A stretch of 64,000 bases of DNA from Amoebidium appalachense (GCA_963693365.1 CAVNZM010000004.1:9700468-9764467); one strand, 5' to 3'. Shown: positions 42,358 to 56,573, counted from the stretch's first letter. Translations and numbers: made by a program. The notes: a model not told the origin generated them from the letters alone.

Positions 42358-43534
42358 AGTGTAAGGAAGATTTAGCCATGGCATATGGGGATTGGAGAAG
42401 CAGGACTCTGCTGCAGGAGCTCTCAGTTCTGGCAGTCTCAGAGGAGGGTAAATTTGTGTGTGGCTCAGATTCCCACGATCGATCACAGGATTGTGCTTTT
42501 TTTACAGGCAGTAAATCAACAGTGATCGACGTATTATGTGACAGTAGAACGTTAATTCCCCAAACAAAAAAATTACGACATGTCCAATTGATAAACATAT
42601 GTCTATATAATACAAGGTTGTCACCTTATTTTCAACATGTTTCTCAACTTGCGCCTGTGCTGAACAGGTGGACACGGCGGCCTGCGGCGGAATGGATCAT
42701 GACGTCACTTGTGACGCACGCGGACGTGAGCCCGTCCCAGTAACCATCACTACGATAAGGCCTGCTTCTTAGCTTTTAAACGACATAATTTATTATATAG
42801 TTATTTGTTTCTGTGTGCTTTTTCTTTTTCTTACAAGTTACCAACCGTAATAACATGTTCTCGCAAGTTACGCAACTTCACCAGTGTGCCTGCTATCAGC
42901 CTATCATAAATTCCTGAGCCCGTCAAGCTTTTTCAACATTTTATTGACAGCTCCATGAACGTATATGTAAACATATGCATTATTTTCAATAAAAAATAAC
43001 GATGAATTTATAGAAAGCGTGAGTTTTTTGTTTTTAAAGGAGAAACTCGAATATACACCCAAGGGCAAGGTCCTTTACTCTGCATTCCTCTGACGTGCCC
43101 AATCCTACTAGAGTCGAGCCAATAGGGAGGGCATTTTGAGATAATTAGTACCCGAATTTTTTCATTTATTTGTCCAATAGGGGCTGAGAAAACAAATAAG
43201 AACACATTCCTACGGCAGCAAAGCCAAAGCCAGTCTTCGGAAGACTTCGGAAGTCCGCACTGCGGCACTGGGTCTTTTTTATAGCGGTCTGACGGTCCGA
43301 CACCGCCGGGTCTGTCACCGGCCACCTGCTGAGGCGGTGTCTCCTTTCTTTTTTTTTTTTTTTTTTTTGCTTAAAAGGGACTGAAGTAGATGTATAACGT
43401 CGCACGTGCGGCAACACGTCAGTACGTGTTAGGTCTGTCACCTGTGTTTCGATGAGGCTGTGCCCCCCAGCTGCAGGCCCGGGCCCCAGCTACGCGGCAG
43501 GCCCCCAGCACTTGAAGTTGCGTTTTCACGGAAT

Positions 43535-43586
<52 letters not shown>

Positions 43587-44279
43587 ATATGCCATATGCC
43601 CCCCCCATTTTTCAAGTCACGGCCCTGCCACTTTAAATTCTCCAATTGAGCCCGTTACATCCCCTCCCTAGCGCGCATCCCCTCCCTATCGTCGTAATTC
43701 ATAGATGTGTGTTTGCTTGCCCACTGCCCCCGCCGTTCACAACATTTGTGGTCACAACCTCAGGGGGTAAGTGTGTCGTCCCTCTGTATCCCACCCCACC
43801 CCCCACCAAGTTTCTTCCTATCATGATGCCCCTGTCCCAGTTACGCGTACGCCGGTTTATAAGTACCTGAGTATTCCTATCAATTCTGACGGCATTATGT
43901 TTATGGTATGGGAAGTCAACGTGTGGCAAGGGCTAGAAGACAGCCCAATGATTTGTTTCAACATAACCACTTCCGTGACCGTGATTTGTCCTACCTACTA
44001 ATACTTGTGAATATGGTTTACCCTTGCTAGCTACTCTACATGAAAATGAAATCTCGGAGTGTTTGGAACCCTTAGAACTTTTTTTTGTGTCATGATATCC
44101 CGTCGTTTCTGAACGATGGTTGTGGTACTAAGAAGCTTTCTACTACCACTGTTTTGTCTGTCCTTGGTTTGCTTCGTGCTCGTGCTCGACTTACTCCCCT
44201 CGCCTCAAATTTCATTTGCATATGTTGGGCCTCAAAGCCAGAATTACCGTCCTATCCCCTCTTTTCTCTTTCTGATCTC

Positions 44280-44315
<36 letters not shown>

Positions 44316-47300
44316 CCCGCCCCCAACCCCCCTGCTCACCCCCCTCTCCTCCCCACTAACCCCAATCCACACACCCCCTCTTCCTCCAATGCCAATCTCT
44401 CTCGATTGTGAAGGAGTATCTTGCATGGCGTGCTATTCCAGAGAAGGATATACCAAATGACAGCTCGCACCTACTGGGACTGTGCTTTGTGGATCGTTTC
44501 CTGTTACAACAGTTGTGTGAATATGAAAAGGGTAGGGAACTGCTCCCGCAGCGGTCAGATATATGTACAATACTGAGCGTGTGGGTAAATCTTCAATAGG
44601 CGAGTTTGTATACGAGTTGCCGTTTTCTTATTGTATGAAGGCTTTACAGTGGATGTAACAATTACAAAGTTTACAGATATGTATGCCCTACACCAAACAA
44701 CACACCACATCAATTTAAACGTACATGTCCCCAAAAGTGTGGTCTGCTCTCATGTATTCCTCCAGACATACACACCCGGTTGTATATCCACAAATGATTT
44801 ATATCTCACGGTAAGATATATCTCCACTTATAATTTGGGTGGAAGCACTGTTGGCCTTGGTGCCGACACATCATCACAGCTCCCCTACATGTCGTTGATA
44901 AACAGCTCTCCCCCCCTCCCCCTCCCCCCCCCCCCCCCCCCCCCATATTAGATTCATAACGCTTTAAAAAAAATGACAGTAAAATGCATTTATACGGTTC
45001 ATTGGTTCATTTTTAACATGAAAATTATGTGCCAGGGTGGGTATAGTATTTGACTGTTGCATGAGCTCGACTGTTACTAGTGAATTTCCTTATGCCGCAG
45101 AAATGACTTCAAATTACCTATAAAGTATCCGGCAGACATTGAACTTGCTGGTTATCATGCTCGAGTGTGGGGTGGTGTGTGGGTTTGGGGGGGGGGGGAG
45201 GGTAGGTGTGTTGGGGGGGGGGGGGGGGGGGGGGGGCTGCAACTCATCGATGGCCACCTGGCTTTGCTGCACCTTGACGTTTGTACGCTCAGGCGGGTCC
45301 GGATTCGAACTTCAACAAGCACGTGCACGCTGAAGGGTGGGGGAGATAGGGGGGGTGGGCGGAGGGGCGGAGGGGAAGAAGGGGGGAGGGAAGGGGGGGG
45401 GGGGGGGGGGGCACCGTGGCACCTGAGCCAATCTAGTAGTGGGATTTTGGAATGTCACAGGGTCTGCGCATGACTCCTCCCCCTTCCCCTTCTTTCTCCC
45501 CCCCCCCCCCCCCCCTAACCTCCCCCCCCTCCCCCCCCCCCCCCCCCCCCCCCCCGCCGCCCTCGGCCCCCCCCATCACATTTCACAAGTCAAATGGGCT
45601 CTCTTCTAGCCCGGGTCGAGTCAGACCCGAGAGCGCTTTAGGCTTTGTGATTGGCAAGTTGCGCCATCGAATTTATGTTAGCCTGACCCGAACGAAAGGG
45701 CCTGTAAATCGGTTTTAAAGGAACACTCTCGAATCTAAGGGGGATAGGCTTGTGATTGCCGCTATTCTAATAGGCCCTCTTTTCGTTTGAAATCGGGGAG
45801 TGAAGGGTGGGGAGAGGGGGTAGTACATTTGTTGGTGCCCCCGCACCCGTTTCCTCCCCCCCCCCCCCCAAAAAAAAAAAAACACACACACACAACTCCC
45901 TAATCTAACCTCTGGGATGGTGGGGGGTGGGGGGGAGGCTGGAGCCCGGCCACTGGGTGGATAGCCTATGATCAATGTCCTCCCTGGTGGTCCCATCTCT
46001 CGCTTTCTCTCTCTCTCTCTCTCTCTGAGGAAAAGGCAACACGACAAAACCGGTTCGGTTGGGGTTAACAGAACCGTGGCGATTTCGGTTCTGCACATGT
46101 ACATACAGCACCAGAGTGCAGAATTTTATTAATTAACGGTGTACGGGATGTGTCCGTGTACAGGAGACCCAAGGCGCGCTCATTGAATTTAAAGGCTTAT
46201 CCATATATGGTGCGCCAGGCTCGTATTCTATTGGTTGCTGCTATTGTGATGGTACTGATTTGCATATCACACAATCAAACAAAAACCGGGGGAGGGGGGA
46301 GGCAGTAGGGGGGAGGGACAGGGGGGAAAGAAGTTTTGGGGGGGGGGAACCACCTGTATATGTGGATCAGGCTATTGGAGTGCGAGGAGCCCGGGGAGGT
46401 GTGTGTCGGATGTGGAGGTATGCATACATAAGTGGTTCTTTGGGAGCCGTTAACGTTATTTTCTTAAGTAGGTGCGCCTACGTGTGTGGGTTTTGGTTGC
46501 CAATGATTATCGTATATATCTATGTATGCTCGCACGCCATAGCGTGATGATGTGCTAATATTGGTGTGAGGGACATGCCGGTTTTGAAAATCGGGAAAAT
46601 GGAAAGCAAATTACGTCAGTTTCTGTGGTGGTACCCCCCCCTCCCCCCCCCCCCCCCCCCCCCCCAAACACACACACACCCCTCTCCCCCCCCCCCCCCT
46701 CTCTGCCCATGCACCGGGAGAGGACGGACCACGCTGTGACCCTCTCGTGTGCCCCCTCCCCCCCCCTCCCCCCCCCCCCCCCCCCCCCCCCCCTCCCTCG
46801 CCCCTGCTGCAGACGGATGGTGGGTCCCCTCCCCCCTCTCCCCATCGATATCCCCCGTTCGGATGGCACCGAACAGATACGGAACCAGAGAGAGCAAAAG
46901 CCTCCCAGTGAATGGGCCTGGCAACGGGGGACCGATGCCCGTGGGGGCTGGAGGGGGAGGGGGGGGGGGGGGGGGGGGGAGGGGGGAGGCCCGGGGGGGA
47001 AGAGAGAGTGTCCGCAGCGATCTGTCAAGCCTCAGGCCTCATTGTTGTTGTATACCTGTGACTGGGAAACTCATTATGGATATCACCGATATTTATAACA
47101 AGGAGTGGCAACAACCCTTATCTTGACATCATGATATTCGATCACTGCAGTCGCAGACTCGGAGGTGGCTACCCCCCCCCCCCCCTCTTCCTTTTTTTAA
47201 ATTAGGAATTCCTAACGAGTCCCCTCTCGCCTGGTGGCCTGATTTATTTATGGAGGGCCAGCCTCCACTGTCTAACCTATCGACCAATAAAATACGGCGG

Positions 47301-47751
47301 GTTTAAGTTTCCCGCCAAAAAGCTAACGCTTGATTCCTATTCGCTACCACCTTGGGCAACACTCATCATCCTATAACAGTACAATCTAAACATAGACTCG
47401 CCTCAAACTGTACAATCTCAATGCACATAATGACTCACAAAACCATGGTACCGAACCTCTACATTACACGATCGCAATCAGCATTCCGATCAGCCAATCC
47501 GATCACTTCTCCAGCTATATTTGGAAAAGCCTTGGACAAACCAATTCATGCTTCAACTGAGCTACAATTTGGCATCCAAATCCGAGCCGAGAAGATATCT
47601 CTACAAACAATATTGGACAACAAAATGAAAAAAAAATGCATGGATGTCTCATCCTATTTGCTTAAAGTATTCGAACCAGACACACAGAACACATCAACTT
47701 TTGCCAAGTGGTGCTTCGCATATATCACCGCAGCAACAAATGTGTGGATTC

Positions 47752-48418
47752 TCATTGGTTTATCTTGCGGTAGATGGCACGGAGCTGCTCTAACGACAAG
47801 AAAGTGAGCACCGTGTGGGGACCCAATCGGATGAAGGCTGGCACGAAACCCTGCAAAGCCAGAGAGAGTTGGGAAGGGGAGATCAGTAACAAACACAGAT
47901 GTGCATTGCATACAAAACAAGGACCAAACAAACACGGACACACAGAAATCCCTGCCCCCCCCCCCCCCCCCCCCCCGAGGGGAACACAAGCACCCAGGCC
48001 AGTATGCGCTTATGAACAAGTACTTGCGCGCAGAGCGGACATCAGCATGTCGATACACCCCTCAAAGTGTGGGTGCACCCGTGTGTGTCTCTTCCTAATT
48101 TCACCAAGTATCCCCCCCCCCCCTCCCCCCTTTGTCAGGTCCCAAACCAAATTACTTTACGGGACACCCGTCTCTTTGCTTCATCTATTCGACACACCCC
48201 TCTACGGGTGTGCCTGTGTGCCTGTGTGTGGGTCATTACCTTGAACAGGCCGGCAACACCATTCACCTTCACCGTTTGGATAAGGCAGTCACCAAGACCC
48301 TGTGGTGTTGGGGTGCAGACGGGTGGAAGGGGGACGGGGGGGTATATGTGTGTGTGTAGGTGTTTGTGTGTGTGTGTGTGTGCGTGTGTGATTGTTAAAA
48401 AAGAGATGGGAGGGGGGG

Positions 48419-48484
<66 letters not shown>

Positions 48485-48514
48485 ATTGAAAGAGGGAGAG
48501 GGTGGAGGATATGT

Positions 48515-48551
<37 letters not shown>

Positions 48552-48663
48552 GGGGGGATGGTTTGTTAGTTATGACAACAGGAAAATGGTCACCAGGTTG
48601 ATTGTGACTCAAGACCTACTGCCCTAAACGGGGTATAGAGCATAAGCAGAATCACGTCCTAAA

Positions 48664-48706
<43 letters not shown>

Positions 48707-48879
48707 GATGGTTGGTTGGGGGCACGAAAGGAAAGGAGGGGGGAGGAGGGGCCGGGGGGGGGGGGGGGGAGGGGGGGAGGGGCTGCCTTCCCCTCCCTTC
48801 TTCACCTCATGCCTGCCCCCACACAAACAAAAACACCCCACCAAATCAAAATCAACCCGGTCAACCCATCATAGCATGA

Positions 48880-48954
<75 letters not shown>

Positions 48955-49404
48955 CACGCATGTACACACACACGCACACGCACACGCACACGCACACGTA
49001 CACACACACACACACACACACACCTTGTACTGGCCCGGGTACGAGTTCATCATTCTGGTCTTAACGACATCCATAGGCATGGTCAGGAGGGTGGCCACAC
49101 CCCCGGCGAGGGTAGAGGCAGAGGCATGAAGCACCATACCGTCCTTCATGTGCAGCAGTGACTGTACGTGTGTGTGTGTGTGTACGTGTGTGTGTGTGTG
49201 TGTGTGTGGATGGGGGGCAGGCGGGCGCGCGGGCGGGCTTGGAGTGGGTGGAGAGTGGGGTGGGGTGTGCGTGGGGCTGGGGGGGGGGGGGGGGGGGGGG
49301 GGGGGGAGGGGTAGTCAATAAATAGCTCATTTGTGTTGTGGCTTTGGTGGAAATAGGAAGCAAGTAAGATGTTGGCGTGGCGGTGGCGGTGGTGAGGGGG
49401 GGGG

Positions 49405-49482
<78 letters not shown>

Positions 49483-49724
49483 AAGAGAGAGAGAGAGGGA
49501 GGGAGAGAGAGGGAGTTAGAAAGGGGGAGGGGCCGCCGGGAGGGGGGGAGGGGGGGAGGGATTTTGAACCCATTCCCCACATGTCTGCAACAACCCTTGT
49601 TCTTGCCCCTTCCCCCCCAAACAGCTATGAAAAAAAAAATCCTCCCCCCCCCCCCTCTTGTAGTGGCACCCTCTTCGTGAGTATTCTCCCTCTCCACCCC
49701 CCAAAACACACGCACACACACACA

Positions 49725-49756
<32 letters not shown>

Positions 49757-50890
49757 GTATAACCAACCTCAACCTCTCATTTCCGTCATCATTCGCTCCC
49801 ATTAACTTCAGTCGTTAAATTCCTGTTATTTAAAATCTAACATTTTCAACACCCACCTCCAGCATCTGTTTAAACTGGTCGTAAAACGCAAGCTGTCCAA
49901 CCGTCACCAGACCCCCCCTGGCCACCGTTGGAGAACCCCCCTTAAAGAGAGACCTGACACCCCCCTCCTTGGCTATTTTTATCATCCCGTCAATTGCATT
50001 TTTGTAGCCGCGGCGTTCGGCAGGTGGCTTTAACCCGTCAGCCTGTGTCAAAGGAAAAAATGTGAGCGTTTGGGTGTAGTATTACTGGTGGTGAAATGGG
50101 AAAGAGGGTGGGTGGGTGGGTGGTGGTGGTGGTGGTGGTGGTGGGGCCGGGGGAGGGGGGGGGGGGGGGGGGAGGGGGGAGGGGGGAGGGATGCAGACAC
50201 CAAAAACTAAAGAATCTGTAAAAGGAGACCACCATGCGCAGAACCAAAGTACAGGGAGGGTGATTTGCATGCACACAAAAGGGCTTCTTTTTTTTTTTTG
50301 GGGGGGGGGGGGGGAGGGGGAGGGGGGTAGAATGTGTTATAGAATACGAAGTACACATCATTACGGACACCACAGTGCAAAGCGCAAAACACCATACAAA
50401 GGGTATGAATAATAAGCAGAGCCCATCCTCAGGGGGGCCCAAGCCATCCACAGTACCCGGGGGAGGGGAGAGGGGGGGGGGGGGGGGGGGGGAGGGGAGG
50501 AGGGGTGGGAGGACTCAGTAAAATGATGATGAGAGGAAAACGTGGAAAGGATAAAAACTTGTACTTCGGAGCATAGAGTTAAACGGGGTCTTGGGGGTTA
50601 GACTGGGCGGAATGCGGAATGCGGGGGAGGGAGGTGGGAGGGGAGGGGGAGGGGGGGGGGAGGGGGGGGGGGGGGGGGGGAGGAGGGAGAAAACGAGTCG
50701 TCAAGAGAAGTCGGAGATAGAAAGGGCAAGGGGGCATATGCAGAGGTGTGTTGGAAACTAAAGCAGCATGCACGGTTATGTGTGTGTTGTGAGCAATGTG
50801 GCATGGATGGGGCGCAATGATGAAGCGTGTCTGCACACGGCTGTGTGCCTGGCCGGTGTGTGTGTTCGTGCGTGTGTGTTCGTGCGTGTG

Positions 50891-50934
<44 letters not shown>

Positions 50935-51266
50935 TGCGTGAGTGAGTGAGTTTGTGTGCCTGTGTGTATATACGTGTGTATGCGAATGTGTGTGCCCTGT
51001 GTAAGGTGTGTATATATGTTTATGCTCGTTTTCCAGATGTATACATGTGTTTGGGTGCAGTGTGGGTGTGTGCACGTGTGTGTATGCCTTTTGTAGGATG
51101 TGTTTTTTTTTCCCTTAAAGACGTGTGTATGTGCGAGCGTATGTGCGTGTGTGTGTCACCCACCTGCATTCTCACGTTGGTGACGTCAGCCGGGCAGCCA
51201 GCAAACCCACCGATGGACCCGGCAAGGGCCGCAGAGGCCACCTTCTTGTAGAAGGGCAGAGGTGCG

Positions 51267-51304
<38 letters not shown>

Positions 51305-51537
51305 TGAGTGAGTGTGAGTGAGTGTGTGTGCGCGCGCGCGCGCGCGCCCGGGAGGATAGGATGGATGGAGTCAGGCTTTTTTGGGGGGGGATGGTTTGGA
51401 GCCTGGGAGCAATCGGTGGGGATGGCCATTACAGATTTAGAAAGTTGAGGAGGAGACATCAAACGGGAAAAAAAAAGACGCCAAAGAAATAACAACCCCC
51501 CCCCCCCCCACACACACACACACAAACAGAAAAAAAA

Positions 51538-51568
<31 letters not shown>

Positions 51569-52561
51569 TGGCTGGGGGTCATATGGTAGCATCTATTGTG
51601 TTCCTGGGAAGGTCAGAAGAAGATGGTTTCAAGATTTCTGACTCGACTGGTGGTTCATGATTTTGCATTGGTATGACAGGGCCCCCCAGGGTGGGGGGAG
51701 GAGGGGGGGGACAAATCAAGATCGATTTGTGTCTCTCTTTTTCTTGCGCCCTTTCGTTTTATTCTTATAGACGTTTCCTTATTCTTTCCCCCCCCCCCCC
51801 CCCCCCCCCTCCCCCTCTCCTTTGTGCGTGCTCGCGTGCATGTGTGTGTGTGTGTGGAGGGATTGGGAGGGAAGGGGGTCTACAAAGAGATATTTGGAGG
51901 ATTTGGGAATCCGGTGAAGGGGTGGAGGGGTGAAGGAGGGGCTGTTGGGGGAGAGGGGGGGGGAAAGGGGGGAGGGGGGGGGAAGAGGGGCTGGTGGGGG
52001 GAGGGAGGCGGGGGGTGGGGGTGGGGGTTGGGGGGGGGGGCACAAAACCATCTCCGGACTCAAACATTTCCTTGAAGATGTCGTATGTGGCAAACCGGGT
52101 GGTGCTATACATGACTTGCCGCAGGAGGGATGCAGTGAGCCCCTTGTACAGGCCCCCTATACCCTCCGTCGTCACAACCATCTTTCCTGCTGAAAGGAAA
52201 TTTGGCTTGGCGCCCCCTGCTGTGGCCTTCTCCATGACTTGAAGACGAACCTAGGAGGGGGTCGAGGAGGGAGATGTTGGAGGAAGGTAGGGGGGAGGGC
52301 GGGGGGGGAGGGGCGGACGGGAAAGGGAGAGACAGAGGAGGGGGGGGGGGGGGGGGGGGGGAAGGGGGAAAAGAGAAAGAAGGTGTGCGTGCGTGTGAGT
52401 ATGTGTGTTTGCACATGTTCGTGTTAAGTGTGTTTATATAGCTGTGCAGGGCTGGATGGTTAGACAGGGTATGGGTGGGGAGAGGGGAAAGGGGGGGGGA
52501 GGGGGGGAAGAGGAGGGGGTGCAAGTGGACGGGAGAGGCGCCCGTGAAGGGAGGTGTGTGT

Positions 52562-52592
<31 letters not shown>

Positions 52593-52767
52593 GGGGGGGG
52601 GGATGATTACGATGTGTTACAGAGCATCAAGTACACCACCTGTGATACATGTTACAGAGCACACAGCTTGTAGTATGTAATATAAGCAGAGCACATCATT
52701 ATGGGGGAAGAAGAGTGCTCCAACAAGAGGGAGGTTGAGTGCGGAGGGGAGCTAGACACCCGGGAGG

Positions 52768-52805
<38 letters not shown>

Positions 52806-53609
52806 CGGGGAGAGGAGAGGGGGAGGGGGGAGGGGGGAAGGGAGGACGAGAGGGGAAGAGGCAGACAAATTATGGATAGGACCAAGCAGTGCATTAGCAC
52901 TATAAATCCAGTGGTGTGGTTGTGTCCAAATGTTTAGTGTCACTATATATCTACGTTGCCCTGAATGATTTCAGTTTTATATTTGGTTGAGCTCAGGCGT
53001 CTTCAGGTTTATTACACTACATTTGAAATTTAACAGGCGGAGGCAAACCAGTGGGTGGATTGCAGGCTTGCGCAAACACCCTATGGCCGTGGACGGTATA
53101 GGGGTGCTCTTTGACATAAATACATACCCGCCATACCCACCGGCAAAAAAAAGGCACGTACAAAAGTCCCCCCCCCCCCCCCCGGACCGCCCCTCCATCC
53201 AATTCTACCAATGGTCTCATGTGTAATCTGCTGAGAGGGCACCATAAGCCACACACATGCAGGCTGGGTCCACCTCTCGCACGAAATGCAGTGCTTGGTA
53301 ACTAACTAGTCGAAAGAAGTTTTTTCTCTTAGAAAAACAGGGGGGGGGAGGGGGGGGGGGGGGAGTGGGGAGTGCAGGGTGGCCGACGAGTTCTCCGGGG
53401 GGGGGGGGGGGGGGGGGGGGGGGAGGTAAGGATGTAAAAGTAGAAAGTGGAGGGGGGGGGGGGGGGGGGAGGGTGGAGGTGGGGGGGGGGGGGAGATGGG
53501 GAGGCAGAGTGTATGGTACCTTTAGCAGGTCCAAGGGGTGTGTGCAGGAGGCAGCAATGCACGATGCCATGCCGCCCAGGTAAAAGGGGTAGGTCACAGT
53601 GGTTGCCAT
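47752..53609 (-). CDS. DIC1: Mitochondrial dicarboxylate carrier (SLC25A10/DIC1-like), 7 exons
   Basis: Exons 53609-53520, 52250-52049, 51267-51164, 50042-49857, 49161-49024, 48299-48240, 47850-47752. Three carrier motifs ([34 protein letters not shown]); DIC-typical [20 protein letters not shown] and [12 protein letters not shown]. Confidence 0.93.
50328..50458 (-). mobile_element. Intronic structured repeat, 5'-truncated copy D
   Basis: AATAATAAGCAGAGCCCATCCTCAGGGGGGCCCA...TCCACAGTACC matches the reverse complement of copies A/B; abuts a G-tract; DIC intron 3, host-sense. Confidence 0.8.
52606..52697 (-). mobile_element. Intronic structured repeat, diverged 3' fragment (copy G)
   Basis: Reverse complement GATGTGCTCTGCTTAT..CATACT...GTGTACTT...TAACACAT then poly-C; DIC intron 1, host-sense. 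Confidence 0.6.
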
Positions 53610-55602
53610 GGTTACTGCACGTGGCATTAAACACGTGTTAGTATGCTGTGTGGTCACACAAGTGTCTGGGTATGGTTGTGCACGTAAATACACTTCATCA
53701 GAGCAGGGAGATGTGATGCAGAAGCTTGTGCAACTCCCTGCTTTTCAGTCAGTGATAGGCGTGTATGCGGTATCTTTGATCAAAATATTCACAAACGCCA
53801 TGCACACTGTTGTTTTACGCCAACCTTGCCCATCCATCCCTCCCTCCCTCCCTCTCCCCCGCCCCCCCCCCATCCTACCCCCCGCAACCTTTCCTCTGAC
53901 CTTCCCAGCCCGTCCTGACCCGTGGGTGCTTTACATCCGAAATCACTGCCAGAGACCCCTCCCAGACACACAAATTGCAACCCTAGTCAATGCAGCGTTA
54001 AAGCCCACGGTGATGTTTAAATAAACGTTCGATTTTTGTGCGGCCTTTGCCACAGAGGAAATGACAAGGAACACCACTGGCCATTTCCAAAGACGACAGG
54101 TAGGAGGAAGTGGTGGGCCGAAGGATCTGTGACTATGCAAGGCACAGCTACCAGTTATGACTTTGGAGGATGAGAATAATTGGCATGTGAAGATGACATG
54201 AACAGAAATACAGACTTTAATGGCGCAGTTTTATAGGATCTACGCACACAGGATATCCCGAGGGTGTTTTTAATGCATAATGATTTATAGGAGCTCATGC
54301 ATGCAAGTCACATATGAAAAAGGAGCGACACACACAGGCACAAGTGACTGCTCTAAACAGAGTTCCCATACCTTATAAATGGGTGTACGGCTGTGAAATT
54401 AAGAAAACAAGTTCGTTTGCTTTTACTGCTAGTTACAAACTATAGGGGACAAATTGCTAGAACATAAATGTAACTAATGGCCAGTTCTTCTGTTTTGTTT
54501 CTGCCAAACGACGTTGACTTGAAATCAGCAAAAGCACATGCACCACGCGGCTCACACGCATTGCGCGCCAAAATACAACCAATCAGACGCTTCCTCAGGT
54601 TAGGGTGAAACTACCGGTAAAAACACAAAAAAGTAGAAAATATTATTTGTGAAAAATGTATCTTTTCGCACATTTTAGGACTTGATTCTGCTATTAGAGC
54701 CCTCGAGTTTAGGATTAGAGGTGCCGCTCCTTCGAAAGTTTCAAAAGCCCGGATTTCAGAAGTCGGGTCTCTTTTATTGGCTGAGACAGCACAATCTATT
54801 ACCCAATCATTGTGCGCGGCACCAACAGATCTATTGAATGCACGTCCACAACGCCGTGCAGGTACGCCGTGCCCGGCCACTTCTTCCACCCTCTTTCCAC
54901 CTTCAAGTCTCCCCCATAATGGGACCCTTTGACCCGTGTCACAGCGTCGCAAGACGTCGAGTTTCTAATGACCATCGACATGCAAGGCCTACGTGTGAAT
55001 GCAGATGTGCTGGTGTGTGCTAATGCTGCATGTCGAGTTGCATATGAGAGGCTCCTTTGGTCAACTGGGGGGGGGGGGGGGGGGGGGGGGGGTAGTGGAA
55101 GTTCCCGTTGATCTGCCGGGGAAAGCACCTGCTCTGCTTGGAAATGGGGTCCTCCCCTTCGGCCCTCTCCTCCCTGCCCGGTTTGCAGCGGCTTCTTCCT
55201 CCTCACTTCCCCATCCATACCCCCAACCATTCGTTCCGTTCCCTTTAGCACTTCCAATTTTGGTTGCTGCAAAGATTTAGTGAACGTGTTCACGGTGTGT
55301 GTGTGTATGTGTGTGTGTGTGTGTGTGCGCGTGTGTGTGTGTGCGTGTGTGCGTGTGTGCGTGTGTGTGTGCGCGCGTGCGTTTGTGTGTGTGTATGTGT
55401 TGTGTCGGGAGTGGCAAAAGTGTATATGTCAGTGTGTGCGTGTTTTTGACAAGTTCTGCGTGTAAGGCATCTTGATAGCCAGTCGGCATTGTATTTGTGG
55501 TGGGTGTGTCTGAGAATTCGTTTTGTCAAGAATACAATGGCTTGCGTGCGTTCGTGTCTGCTCGCTTTCTCTCTCTCTCTCTTTCTCTCTCCCTCCCTCC
55601 CT

Positions 55603-55636
<34 letters not shown>

Positions 55637-55764
55637 CCTTCCCCTTCCCCCCCCCTCTCTCCCCCCCCCCCTCTGTCTCTCCCTCCCTCTCTCTCTCTCT
55701 CGGGCGCTCTCTCTCTTTCTCTGCTCTCTCTCTGCTCTCTCTCTCTCTCCCTCTGTGTGGGTGT

Positions 55765-55805
<41 letters not shown>

Positions 55806-56282
55806 GGTGCTTGTGCATGTGTTTGTGCTTGTGTACGTGTATGTGTGTGTGTGCATCGATGCCATGCTGGTTGGCAGTTCAACTTGTGCGTGTGTGCTAC
55901 CATGGGGTTGCTTAATCGAATGTGCCTGTATACAATACCTTCTTAGCCCGGCGGGCACTCACGTGAACCTCACAGTGTGTATGTGTGTCTTCTTTGACAT
56001 GATGTGTGCAAGGTTCGTGTGGTGTGTGTGTGTAAAAAAGTTGTAGATGATGCTTGCATGTTCGTTTGTGCGCCGGAGAGAAAGCGGAGTTGTGTTTGTG
56101 TGTGTCTCTGGGCGGGGGAAGAGGGGGGGGAGGGGGGGATTGCTTGTGTTGGTGTGCTGCAATCGGTATATCCGTGCATGCAGGGCACCTTCGTGTACAG
56201 TGCATGTGCCGTACTTGAGTGTGGTATGTGTGTGAAGGCGCGCAATGAAAGTGCGCGCCGGAGACTCAGCCCGGGGGGGGGG

Positions 56283-56318
<36 letters not shown>

Positions 56319-56478
56319 TCAATTGGCATATCCATGCGTGCAGGGCCCCTGTGTGTTCAATGTGCGTGCCGTACTTGTGGGTTGTCACGTATGCGAAGGC
56401 GCGCAGTGAAAGCGTGAACATGTGTGCGTGCGTGTGTGTGTCCGTATCAGTGTGTGTCCGTATGTGTGTGTGTGCTAC

Positions 56479-56517
<39 letters not shown>

Positions 56518-56524
56518 TGTGTGT

Positions 56525-56573
<49 letters not shown>

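Noticed and set aside
43860-44951. Short protein-like ORFs downstream of DIC
   Set aside because: No recognisable motifs and no consistent exon chain could be built.
54799-55293. 164-aa minus-strand ORF upstream of DIC
   Set aside because: It spans a poly-G run, has no ATG context or identifiable domain, and is at best a TE relic.
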